From positions 1,083 to 65,082 of the forward strand of contig JALCBP010000004.1 in assembly GCA_028066355.1 (NCBI GenBank): a stretch of DNA of 64,000 nucleotides, given 5' to 3'. Each line of letters begins with the position of its first letter. Position 1 is the stretch's first letter. Positions 55,076 to 64,000 of this stretch are shown here, in pieces. The notes under the pieces are model-generated. The model searched no databases. It saw only the letters and a list, made by a program, of their open reading frames with translations, and was not told where the DNA came from. This DNA comes from Pirellulales bacterium. Lineage in GTDB: Bacteria; Planctomycetota; Planctomycetia; Pirellulales; UBA1268. The translations under genes were made by a program, and so were the position numbers.

Positions 55076-56164
55076 CTAAGAGTTTGATCGCAGCACATTC
55101 TCTAAACTAAATGCGGCATCAAAATCTTTTCCTTGTTCCTCAATAACGGTTTTATAATTACCAATCTGATTGTTAATTTCCTCAATCAGTCCAGGTTTAG
55201 TAGTGAGGCTGGGGGTTTTCATGATGCTGGCCTGTATTGCCGTGAGGCCTTCCTCGTAAGCAGATTGTGCTGCTTCAAAGTCACCAGCCTCGGCCGCACG
55301 ACTTGCTCTTTGCAGGGATTCTCGTGCCTTCATGCCGTCTGGCGTTGAGCCGATTGCTGAGATAGCCATCCAGTAGTCGTAGTTGAGCACGTCACGGCAC
55401 GAGCTGATGCCACGATAGTTTTCTTTGGCATCTTGAAGAACAGCACACAAATTTTCTGCTATCTCGCGTTGAGGTTCGGCGAGAGTACTCGCTGCCATTT
55501 CCCATGAGACTGAAGAGGCGTTCTTCGCTTGTACGGCGAGGGACGCCTGCTCCTCTGTTCTATTTTCAGGAGCTATCTGCAAAGCAGCCTGTTGCTCCGG
55601 TGGGAGTGATTGCACGCGAAGGGAATGGACCGTTTTACGAGCTTCACCAAGCATATCGGTCAGTTTTTCTTCAAGACGCTCAATCCGCATTCTTTCTGCG
55701 CTATGAATCCAGAGAGGTAGCGATTTACCTCGAATCAGTACAAAGCGGGTGGCCAATGCCTTCCCTTCTTTGTGTACTGCTTCCCACGCTTCTTGTGTAC
55801 TAGGACTAAAGTCTCGATTGTTTTCGAGTGCGTTAACTTTTCGCAATGCTGTCAGCATTGGCTGTGCTGCATCGATCAATGCCATGCCCTGTGTGTCAGA
55901 ATCCAAATTAGTCGCTGGTGCAAAACCAGCTATAGATCGCTTCATTAAGGACTTACTTGCCGAAGCAGTAGAGAGTACAGTGCCGGGCATTTGTGCAAAA
56001 GCAAAGAGCAGCCCTGTAATTACCATGCAGATACCAAGAATTACTTCCTCGGTGAATAGCACACGGCTTGGATGTACGAGCTCATCTGTAACATCTTTCA
56101 GACTGTGTTCTTGTTGAGGTGCTGGATTTTTTCGATTACCCAATCGAGATGTTGCAAAAAACAT
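55076..56164 (-). CDS. Hypothetical membrane-anchored protein
   Basis: 362 aa with one TM near residue 45 (VILGICMVITGLLFAFA), then a helical, Ala/Glu/Gln-rich region. No family was recognised. Confidence 0.6.
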   Translation of the reverse strand: MFFATSRLGNRKNPAPQQEHSLKDVTDELVHPSRVLFTEEVILGICMVITGLLFAFAQMPGTVLSTASASKSLMKRSIAGFAPATNLDSDTQGMALIDAAQPMLTALRKVNALENNRDFSPSTQEAWEAVHKEGKALATRFVLIRGKSLPLWIHSAERMRIERLEEKLTDMLGEARKTVHSLRVQSLPPEQQAALQIAPENRTEEQASLAVQAKNASSVSWEMAASTLAEPQREIAENLCAVLQDAKENYRGISSCRDVLNYDYWMAISAIGSTPDGMKARESLQRASRAAEAGDFEAAQSAYEEGLTAIQASIMKTPSLTTKPGLIEEINNQIGNYKTVIEEQGKDFDAAFSLENVLRSNS

Positions 56165-56521
56165 GTCAGGGTCCCTTTCTGCTGGTATGAAGCTCGGTAA
56201 GTGGGGATGGAGTGTTCCATTTGGAAACGTGGTTAGCCCAACTCACCGCTCTTCGTTTTAACTTGATGGCATGCCCCTGACTGCCGCCAACAAGTTCGTT
56301 TGATGAAAGATATGCAACTCGCGAAAACTCAAATCAACACCGAATGAAAAACGTTTCACAAGTTTCCGTGAAATCCGAGTGAAATGGGTATTACACAGGA
56401 AAATTTAGGCTTTTTTCAAATGAGACACTTGGGAGAACAGAGCCATCCTGGTTGATGAAGGCCTTAGTACAAGAAGTATTTGTCGTTATGTCGTGTATTT
56501 AATTTTCACGTTTGTGCGGGT

Positions 56522-57568
56522 TCATGTTTTTTGCGTCCGAATAAGATCGTCACAAAGATCTCTATTTGGAGTTATGGATTTCTTTTCGAGTTCTGAATGG
56601 TACCCACGAACCGCTTCTTCCGGGGACAACGCATCATCGATAACGGCTCGAAGAAATCGGATGAACAAGCGTTGGTCCTCAGCAGAATTTATTTTTCTGC
56701 CAAAAATAGCAGCACGAGCACCATGTTTTTTGGCATTCGCAGCCAGCGTGAATGCATCGCATGTTGTTCCTGAGCTGCCTCCCAAAACTCCAACAATAAG
56801 ACTTTTGTCATAGTTTACCAATTGTTCCATGACAGCAGGTCGCAGGTAAGGAATCTTGAGAAAGAGGGGTCTGTTTTTTTGTGGGATGCCTGCGAGACAG
56901 CGGACAGCTTGGTCCGCAATGAAACGATCGAGATCTGGGATCTGCCTACGACTCTCCTCACAGTTTGGATAAAAAATTTCAAGAAAGTGCTTGAAGTTAT
57001 TCAGTTCGGCATCGAGTCGAAAATTTTTATATGCATCAAGCATCGGCCGGTCGATGTTGGCTCGATCATTAAGCGTCAGGGAGAACAGACCAAGATTTGA
57101 ACCGGGAACCGCATCCGAACTGGTGGCATCTGTTATGTTCTCAGTAGGGTTCTGGCCGTACTGAGCTTCTTTTATCGTGCAGGTCGAAAAAGGTAGTGGG
57201 GGTTGTGTTGAATAACTACCGGTACCGGCAGATAGCCAGATGTCCGTTGTGTCATTCATTCGGACTGCTGGAGTGACGGAAGACGACTTGAATATCTTCC
57301 AATCAATTGTCAATTGTGCATTGGTGCTTGCACTCATCAGCATGATGTCAATGTTGCCATCTCCAACAATACCAAGAATCTGCTCTCGGTAGAATTCCAT
57401 GGTTCGGAATGTTTGGTCTTCAGCGAATGGTTCTGACAAAATGCCAGGTGCAGCTAATCCAAAGGCCATGTCTGCATCTTTGGCATCGACCAGAATAAAA
57501 TCGGGACATGACGGATTGGTAAGTATGTTGGTTAGTTTAGTTTCGAGAGATTTCTGAGGAGTATTCAT
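56522..57568 (-). CDS. Uncharacterised protein, possibly an aldolase-type TIM barrel
   Basis: The start is taken at MNTPQKS (57568), while the ORF opens at 57616. FILVDAKDADMA, IDIMLMSAS, LFLKIPY and VLGGSSGTT...HGARAAIFGRKIN are reminiscent of class I (DhnA/LacD/DeoC-like) aldolase strands. The resemblance is judged by eye only. Confidence 0.55.
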   Translation of the reverse strand: MNTPQKSLETKLTNILTNPSCPDFILVDAKDADMAFGLAAPGILSEPFAEDQTFRTMEFYREQILGIVGDGNIDIMLMSASTNAQLTIDWKIFKSSSVTPAVRMNDTTDIWLSAGTGSYSTQPPLPFSTCTIKEAQYGQNPTENITDATSSDAVPGSNLGLFSLTLNDRANIDRPMLDAYKNFRLDAELNNFKHFLEIFYPNCEESRRQIPDLDRFIADQAVRCLAGIPQKNRPLFLKIPYLRPAVMEQLVNYDKSLIVGVLGGSSGTTCDAFTLAANAKKHGARAAIFGRKINSAEDQRLFIRFLRAVIDDALSPEEAVRGYHSELEKKSITPNRDLCDDLIRTQKT

Positions 57569-57821
57569 AGCGTATGCGTGTGAATGATCAAATCGGATGA
57601 GTAGTTGCCATATCACTCAATCGTGCTGGTGAGAACATTTCTTCTAGTTATTTTGTATGCCAGAAAGTGAGCTTGAATTGTTCGTAGCTTCTCTTAACGT
57701 AACGTATTTATTGAAAAAAGTTTTTTTGGGGTATCTTTTGGTTCCTGTTAGGGAGGCGTTTCTTGTTCTTATTGCGAGAAGTAATAAAAGAACTCGTCTT
57801 TGATCAAGCTAGTGGGGAAAA

Positions 57822-58784
57822 ATGATGGAAAAAAAGTTCGATTGCCTCGTCTGCGGCACTACAGTTGTGGATGCAATTGTAAAACCAGTTCCTCTTGAGG
57901 ACCCCATTGGCAAGGGCGGTTTGCTCCATGTTGGCCCGCTTACTGTCACAACAGGAGGTCTTGTCTGTAATACAGGAATAGCTATGCAAAGGTTAGGTTT
58001 GAAGGTGTCGGCAGCAGGTCTTGTTGGGCAGGATATCTGGGGAGAACTAATCTCGAGTACGCTATCACAGGAGGGTGTTGATATATCTGGAGTATCGAGA
58101 CTGAAGGCTACTGCAACGAGCAGTACAGCAGTTCTTATTGATGCTTCAGGTGAACGGACCTTTGCTCATCATGTTGGCAGTTGTGCCGAATTAAAATCAG
58201 GTTTTATATATGACAATCTCAGTCTTTTTGCAGACAGTCGATATGCTCTGTTTGGTTATATTGGCCTTTTGCCGGGTATCGAGTTGGAACTTTGTGACGT
58301 ACTGCGGGAAATTCGTAATACGGGTTGTCGCGTAGCAATTGAAACAGCAGGTGATGGCGGGAGCCTTGAGAATATTGCGTCTGCTTTACCGTACATTGAC
58401 TGTTTTGTTCCAAGTATTACTGAGGCAACAAGTCAAACGGGTATTGAAGATCCAAAAAACATCATTGAGTACTATCGGTCCTTGGGGGCTCAAGGTCTCG
58501 TTGGTGTAAAGATGGGCTCTTCGGGCACTTTACTGAGCCCTATGCACGGCGAATACATTCAGGTTCCGTGTGTTATCCCGCCTGGCCCAGTTGTTGATAC
58601 GACAGGTGCTGGAGACTCGTGGCTAGCTGGTTGTTTAACGGGCATTATCCGTGGGGAAAATGAATACCGTTCAGCTTTGCTTGGGGCTGCTACAGCAGCT
58701 TGCTGTGTCACTGGTCTTGGTGCGACGGATGGCTTGCGAGACTTCGATCAGACACAAAAATTAATCAACGATGGTACTAGCTAA
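57822..58784 (+). CDS. PfkB-family carbohydrate kinase
   Basis: The N-terminal GG motif region (TTGGLVCNTG) and the C-terminal DTTGAGDSWLAG signature. 320 aa. Confidence 0.9.
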   Translation: MMEKKFDCLVCGTTVVDAIVKPVPLEDPIGKGGLLHVGPLTVTTGGLVCNTGIAMQRLGLKVSAAGLVGQDIWGELISSTLSQEGVDISGVSRLKATATSSTAVLIDASGERTFAHHVGSCAELKSGFIYDNLSLFADSRYALFGYIGLLPGIELELCDVLREIRNTGCRVAIETAGDGGSLENIASALPYIDCFVPSITEATSQTGIEDPKNIIEYYRSLGAQGLVGVKMGSSGTLLSPMHGEYIQVPCVIPPGPVVDTTGAGDSWLAGCLTGIIRGENEYRSALLGAATAACCVTGLGATDGLRDFDQTQKLINDGTS

Positions 58785-58806
58785 CACCACTCGAGTGACA
58801 GGTGCT

Positions 58807-60114
58807 CTAATTATCGAATTCTTCCAACGGCGCTGAGCTTATCCGATAGAGGTCGGATTTCGTGCGAATGAGTAGATCATCACCAAGCACGCCTGGTGAC
58901 GCCATGCATCCATCATCAAGTTTGTTTTCAGATATGATTTCAAAACCTTGTGGATTGGCTTTGAATACAATACATGTGCCGTCCTCATCACATGCATAGA
59001 GTCTTCCGCCCGACTCAATAAGTGAGGCAGAATGTCGTCCGCTTTTTCGTTCAGTCCATCGAACTTTACCAGTTTCGATGTCGATGCAACTAAAAATGCC
59101 CGTATCGCTTACCATGTACAGCTGATCAGCTACAACAGATTGGCTCGGTCGAGTTGGCGCTGATTTACCAAACTTCCAAACTACATTTTCATTTGTAATG
59201 TCTCCCGCTCCATCAGGTCGTACTGCGAGTAGTCGATCGCCTTGAGCTGTGCAAAGAATCACAAGTCCGTGGCTATAGAGAGGGCGGGCTGCTGCATTGA
59301 ATCCCCCGTGGTAAACGGTCCAGAGTTCTTCGCCGTTGCTGGGGTCATAAGCTACAGTAGCGACTGCTGCAGGGCTCACAAGCTGTGTTTGATTGTTGTG
59401 GGTTATGACAGTAGGAGTGCAGTACGCTTTTTTGAAATCACCATCATCAGATCCATATTGAATAGAACGATCGGTCTGCCATATTGTTTGGCCCGTTTTT
59501 GCGTCTAGTCCGACTACGTATTGCTGGTCGTATCCATCAAAATTCAGAAATATCTTGTTTGCAAAAAAAATCGGAGAAGAGCCAGGGCCTCTATGGTGAT
59601 CGCACGGAAGATCTTGGCGAACCCACAGAATTTCCTCGGTCTCTGTGTCGATACAGGCGGTTCCGGCACTTCCGTAATGGACAAAAATAGAGCCGTTTGC
59701 GACAACTGGCGTTGGACTCGCGTAGCTGTTAAATGGATGACAAAACATCGGTTCTTCGATTTCGAAGATCGTGATGTCTTTGCGTATAGCTCCATTTTTT
59801 GAATTTACTGCCAGGAGGGAAAGTCGTCGTCCATCTTCTGTGGCATTCGAAAGCCAAATGGTGTCACCAGAAACAACCGGGCTCGACCATGCTTTACCTG
59901 GGATGGGTGTCTTCCATCTGATATTCCTGGTCTCATTCCATTCTGTTGGTAAGTTTTCGGAGGGTGATTTACCATCAGCTGTTGGTCCACGGAATTGATT
60001 CCATGAGTATTTTGTGAGTTCATTTGCAAAAGCCTTACTGATAATAAATTCCTCAATAAACGAAGTACTTAAAACGACGCTTGTGACAAAGAGAATAAAA
60101 CGGTTTTGATACAT
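58807..60114 (-). CDS. PQQ-like beta-propeller repeat protein (BamB/PQQ-binding-like), secreted
   Basis: A signal peptide, then repeated W-x-...-SSPVV/...G.lY... blades (KAWSSPVVSGDTIWL, ATPVVANGSIFV, SPAAVATV..., GGRLYACDEDG). Confidence 0.85.
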   Translation of the reverse strand: MYQNRFILFVTSVVLSTSFIEEFIISKAFANELTKYSWNQFRGPTADGKSPSENLPTEWNETRNIRWKTPIPGKAWSSPVVSGDTIWLSNATEDGRRLSLLAVNSKNGAIRKDITIFEIEEPMFCHPFNSYASPTPVVANGSIFVHYGSAGTACIDTETEEILWVRQDLPCDHHRGPGSSPIFFANKIFLNFDGYDQQYVVGLDAKTGQTIWQTDRSIQYGSDDGDFKKAYCTPTVITHNNQTQLVSPAAVATVAYDPSNGEELWTVYHGGFNAAARPLYSHGLVILCTAQGDRLLAVRPDGAGDITNENVVWKFGKSAPTRPSQSVVADQLYMVSDTGIFSCIDIETGKVRWTERKSGRHSASLIESGGRLYACDEDGTCIVFKANPQGFEIISENKLDDGCMASPGVLGDDLLIRTKSDLYRISSAPLEEFDN

Positions 60115-60149
60115 GTGTGAAGTTGCCGCAGCTTAAAGACTATGGTGAT

Positions 60150-61154
60150 TCAGCGAGATGGCTTTGGGCTTGGTATCGAATCGGTTGAGATTTTATGGTT
60201 TTCGCCGGCGAATTGATTCTCGAGAAAAAGCATTATTCGGTTGTCGAGTTCGCTCACTTGAGGACGACCGTGACCGCCATCCTTAATTGGGATAAGTCGC
60301 GCGAGTACTCCAGCCTTTTGAAGCGAATCAGTAAGTTCAACAGACTGTTCAAAAGGAACGAGAGCATCATTCGTCCCATGGATAGTCAGGAAAGGTGGGT
60401 CGTCTTTCGTGACATAAGTAATCGGTGATGCAGCTTTTGCAATGTCCTTATTTTCTGGCACAGGTCCACCAAGGAGGAGTGATTCTGGCGAGTCGGGGTT
60501 GTTGTGCCAACCACCCATTGAGATTAGGTTGCTTGGCCCAAAGAAATTAATAACACCGTCGACTCTGCTGCTTTTTTTGCCCCAGTGTCCAAGGTCACCT
60601 TCAAGCTCTGGAACATCTCCAGATGTTCCGAGCATGGCGACAAGATGTCCTCCAGCAGATGATCCAGCTACCATTATCTTATTCGAATCACCGCCATATC
60701 TTTCGGCATTTGCTCGAAGCCAGCGTATGGCGGCTTTACAATCATGTATTTGAGCTGGCCAGATGGCTTCGTCTGTTAGCCGATAGCCGATTGATGCACC
60801 AATGTATTTCCCTGTCTGAACCATTGGCCCGATAAAATTAAGGCCACTGCGACGACTGCCTTTTCTCCAGCCACCTCCGTGGATGAATGCAACAATCGGC
60901 AGAGGTTTGTCATCTAGTTGTTGGGGTGGAAGAAAAAGATCGATCTGTTGCCGAGGGTTGTCGGTGTCTGCATACGGAATGTTTGCAATGATCTCTAACG
61001 GTCTATTTTTTCGTTGTGAGTTGGGTCGCGCGGTCGATGGGGCTCGATTTATCAACCCATCCGCAGATTGGCCCAGATTGGCCTCAAAAAAAACGAATTG
61101 AAAAACACAGATTGTAGAAAGGAGTGAAATGTTTCTCATTTGCATAAATTGCAT
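60150..61154 (-). CDS. Alpha/beta hydrolase (esterase/lipase-type), secreted
   Basis: The oxyanion motif HGGGW, the nucleophile elbow GSSAGGH, and the C-terminal HG.ND / GGHG histidine region. Confidence 0.88.
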   Translation of the reverse strand: MQFMQMRNISLLSTICVFQFVFFEANLGQSADGLINRAPSTARPNSQRKNRPLEIIANIPYADTDNPRQQIDLFLPPQQLDDKPLPIVAFIHGGGWRKGSRRSGLNFIGPMVQTGKYIGASIGYRLTDEAIWPAQIHDCKAAIRWLRANAERYGGDSNKIMVAGSSAGGHLVAMLGTSGDVPELEGDLGHWGKKSSRVDGVINFFGPSNLISMGGWHNNPDSPESLLLGGPVPENKDIAKAASPITYVTKDDPPFLTIHGTNDALVPFEQSVELTDSLQKAGVLARLIPIKDGGHGRPQVSELDNRIMLFLENQFAGENHKISTDSIPSPKPSR

Positions 61155-61198
61155 GCTTATGTCGACTAGAAATTTGGCGAATGCATTTGTTTGAGCTA

Positions 61199-62734
61199 CT
61201 AGTTCATTCGTTTAACTTTGAAACTTCGGAATTCAACCGGGTCATTATGTCCAGCAAAACCAATGAATCCTTCTTTCCGAGTAAGTCCTCCTGGGACGTG
61301 ATCCATTTTGCTTCGATCGAGTGTATCGAGTTGAACATCGAGAATGCATGTGCCATTGAGCGTAACTGTAAGCTGCTGGTCAGAGATAATGATTTCTTCA
61401 AAATTCCATTCACCAGCGGGCCTTAAGTAGCCTTGCTCAGCACCAACGCAGAAATAAAGGCTGCCGTGATGCTGGTAATCTTTAAGGCCTGGTTTGCCCG
61501 CCGACGCCAGTCGCGCGTTATAGCCATCATCATCAATTATCTGAATTTCCATGCCGTCATGGGCACTGTGACCACCTTCTGGAACTCGTAGCGCAATTCC
61601 ATTGTTGCCTGCTGTCGGAAGTTTGAACTCGACCCTAATAGTCGCGTCGCCGAAGGACTCCTTGGTGAGTAGGTCTCCACCCTTGCCGGCCTTGCACACA
61701 ATGTTTCCTTCACGGACCTCGTAACTGTCTACGGCACCCTGCCAATCGGATAGGTCTTTCCCGTTGATTAATTCAACAAAGCCACTGTCGTTTTGTGCTC
61801 GCAATACATCATCTGCTTCACCTGCAGGAATGTCACGGATGTAAATATTCCGCCATCGGATTTCGCTGCCGTGTGTTTGTAGCTGGATAGGACCGCGTGG
61901 TGGCACCGGGCTTACAAGGAGGCCAACTGGTTTGCTCGTGGCATCAGTGTTTTTCTTTGTCCTGTGTGCAAAGAAATTGTCCATAACGGCATTTTGAACA
62001 ACGATCTCCCCATTTAGTTCAACAGTCACACGTTCACCAATCATTTTGATGCGGAAATGATTCCATTCACCAAACGGACGGTCCATTCGTGCTAAAGGGT
62101 ATTTACCTTCATTGCGTTTGTTGTTCCAGAGTCCACCAGATCCCTTGTCTGCTCCGAGTTTAAATTTCTTTTCTTCGGTTGGATCCCATATCTGAACTTG
62201 GGGTATGCCACGGAGATAAATTCCACTGTCACCGAGGGGCTGCATTTTAAAGTCCACAAGCAGTTCAAAATCACCAAATTCATTATCTGTTGTCAGGTAA
62301 AGCCCTTTGCCATCATTAACAAGTTCACCGTCTTCAACCCACCAATGCGCGTTGATATGATCACCCGCGTCTATGCCTTTCTTGTTAAGAAGGCCTCCGT
62401 GAATCGATTTCTTCTTGTACTCGAGTTGTGCTTCGTGTGACATGTTTCGGAAATCGTCGGGGTCCTGTGTGCCCCATCCGTACCAACCGCTTAAATCCGT
62501 GCCATTAAATAAAGCAACAAATCCCGGTGGCGGGTTGTTTTTGGCTGACATTTCAGTGGGGTCTCTCGCTTCCCTCGTGGTGGCGATGCAGTCTGGGCAA
62601 GTATTTCTAGGGTGTGATCGTTCTGCTCTTTGGTGTCTGCGGCTTCGTATTCTTGATAACGGCCCAGCGATCAAATCGTGAGTTCCATCGAAGATGAGTG
62701 TCGCGAATAGAAGGGATAGAAAAAGTCGTGTCAT
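61199..62734 (-). CDS. Tandem DUF1080 (3-keto-disaccharide hydrolase-like) domain protein, secreted
   Basis: There are two copies of the pattern F..LFNG.DLSGW...W.VEDG...GD....S.G..LR..EiQI.D (FVALFNGTDLSGWYGW; FVELINGKDLSDWQG). The family is typical of planctomycetes. Confidence 0.88.
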   Translation of the reverse strand: MTRLFLSLLFATLIFDGTHDLIAGPLSRIRSRRHQRAERSHPRNTCPDCIATTREARDPTEMSAKNNPPPGFVALFNGTDLSGWYGWGTQDPDDFRNMSHEAQLEYKKKSIHGGLLNKKGIDAGDHINAHWWVEDGELVNDGKGLYLTTDNEFGDFELLVDFKMQPLGDSGIYLRGIPQVQIWDPTEEKKFKLGADKGSGGLWNNKRNEGKYPLARMDRPFGEWNHFRIKMIGERVTVELNGEIVVQNAVMDNFFAHRTKKNTDATSKPVGLLVSPVPPRGPIQLQTHGSEIRWRNIYIRDIPAGEADDVLRAQNDSGFVELINGKDLSDWQGAVDSYEVREGNIVCKAGKGGDLLTKESFGDATIRVEFKLPTAGNNGIALRVPEGGHSAHDGMEIQIIDDDGYNARLASAGKPGLKDYQHHGSLYFCVGAEQGYLRPAGEWNFEEIIISDQQLTVTLNGTCILDVQLDTLDRSKMDHVPGGLTRKEGFIGFAGHNDPVEFRSFKVKRMN

Positions 62735-62824
62735 CGGTGGCCTTGCTAGTGAATAAATAATGTAAAGACGTGTTCTGGGTATGTCACACTGATTTTTGAT
62801 TTTTTGGCTTGAGTTTGATAGCCG

Positions 62825-64000
62825 TCAGACCCCGCCTGCTTCCATCTCAAAATACTGAACAGCATTACCGTAGCTAATGCCGCGGACCATGTTTTTTATT
62901 GTTCCAATGTCGTTTGGGAGTAATCCTTGCTCAACATCATTCCCAATAATGTTGCATAGAAGTCGACGGAAGTATTCGTGCCGAGGGTAAGAAAGAAAAC
63001 TCCTTGAATCTGTAAGCATGCCGACAAAGGTTGATAAAAGACCAATTTGAGAAAGTGTATTAATCTGCCATCTCATTCCGTCAAGTTGATCGAGGAACCA
63101 CCAGCCGCTGCCGTACTGTATCTTGCCGGGAATCCCATCACCCTGGAAGTTGCCACAAGCGGCGGCGACGGCATAGTTGTCTGCGGGGTTGAGGTTGTAA
63201 AGAACCATCTTTGGCAGTGAATTCCGCTTGTCTAATTCATCTAGATATTCCACAAGTGGTCCTACTTGTGGAAAGTCACCGATGGAATCGTAGCCCGCGT
63301 CAGCACCAAGCTGAAGACGGCCACGACTGTTGGTATTTCGTAGTGCGCCAAGGTGAAGTTGCTTGGTCCATTTTCTTGAAGCGTCAAGCTCACCAAAGTA
63401 GACCATCATGTAGCCACGATAGGCGTGAAGTGCGTCGTTAGAAATTGCGTCTCCCCGAAGTGCAGCATTGTAAACTTCTGCTGCTTCGCCTTTCGTGCCA
63501 CCTCTGCCAAAACACTGTTCAATCCCGTGGTCTGAGAGTCGGCTGTCCAAGTTGTGAAAAAAAGTGTGGCGATTGGCGATCGCTTCAAGAAATGTGTCGA
63601 AGTTGTTGCATGAAATACCAGAGGATTGCTCGAGCCGCTGAACCCATGATTGGAAAAGTTCTGCGTCATCGGCGGCGAGTGCCTTGTCAGGACGAAAGGC
63701 AGGGTAAACCCGCGTTTTTAGTTCACTTTTCGAGATTTCAATATGATGAGACAAGCTGTCACACGGGTCGTCTGTTGTGCCAATTGCTGCCACACGAAAA
63801 TGTGCAAGCAATGTCTGAGCAGAGATTTTTCCAAGTTGTGCATTTGCTTCATCCCAAATACGTTGGGCAGTGGATTGATTCAGGACCTCTTTGATTCCAA
63901 AGACTCGAGAGAGTTCAAGGTGGCTCCAGTGCCACAAAGGATTACGTAAGAGTTTTGGCATGGTTTCGGCAAATGCACAAAATTTTTCATAGTCTGAGGC
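62825..64000 (-). CDS. uxaC: Glucuronate isomerase, 5'-truncated by the window end
   Basis: The frame stays open to nt 64000 (...ASDYEKFCAFAETMPKLLRNPLWHWSHLEL). It aligns by eye with E. coli UxaC from about residue 90 to the end (NPLYHWTHLEL, GTTDDP, QLHLGALRN, GSGWWF, MLTDSRSFLSYPRHEYFRR). Confidence 0.95.
   Translation of the reverse strand, partial: ASDYEKFCAFAETMPKLLRNPLWHWSHLELSRVFGIKEVLNQSTAQRIWDEANAQLGKISAQTLLAHFRVAAIGTTDDPCDSLSHHIEISKSELKTRVYPAFRPDKALAADDAELFQSWVQRLEQSSGISCNNFDTFLEAIANRHTFFHNLDSRLSDHGIEQCFGRGGTKGEAAEVYNAALRGDAISNDALHAYRGYMMVYFGELDASRKWTKQLHLGALRNTNSRGRLQLGADAGYDSIGDFPQVGPLVEYLDELDKRNSLPKMVLYNLNPADNYAVAAACGNFQGDGIPGKIQYGSGWWFLDQLDGMRWQINTLSQIGLLSTFVGMLTDSRSFLSYPRHEYFRRLLCNIIGNDVEQGLLPNDIGTIKNMVRGISYGNAVQYFEMEAGGV

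Overview
This window is mostly core genome, almost certainly from a Planctomycetota chromosome. The hallmarks are a DUF1559 protein with a prepilin-type N-terminus, a tandem-DUF1080 protein, a Cys-type sulfatase, a HEAT/cytochrome-c protein and futalosine-route menaquinone genes. G+C is roughly 45-55% by eye. I call about 60 protein-coding genes, one tRNA-Val(UAC), a few terminator-like hairpins and two tiny tandem duplications. I saw no rRNA, CRISPR array, transposase, integrase or phage genes. Housekeeping content: rpsD, pdxH, aspS, dcd, nth, folE, moaD-moaE-moaA plus a class V PLP enzyme, an HU/IHF-type protein, pyrD, trpS-acpS, topA, glgB, miaA, hisE-hisG, mqnA-mqnE-amidohydrolase, aroA and uxaC (cut by the window end). 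The least ordinary parts are: (i) a tightly coupled minus-strand operon at 46.5-50.8 kb that joins a polar-amino-acid ABC importer to an ADP-ribosylglycohydrolase-fold protein with a degenerate C-terminal motif and an OvoA-C-terminal-like methyltransferase; (ii) a lower-G+C stretch at about 5.3-9.9 kb next to tRNA-Val, holding a Cys-type sulfatase, a small ORF, an orphan BtrN/anSME-like radical-SAM enzyme and a divergent protein with the three fucosyltransferase-superfamily motifs; (iii) an NRAMP-fold transporter lacking both canonical metal-binding motifs; (iv) an uncharacterised aldolase-like protein divergent from a PfkB kinase. None of these is shown to be novel. They are hypotheses that need HMM or structure searches and comparative genomics, which I cannot run here.
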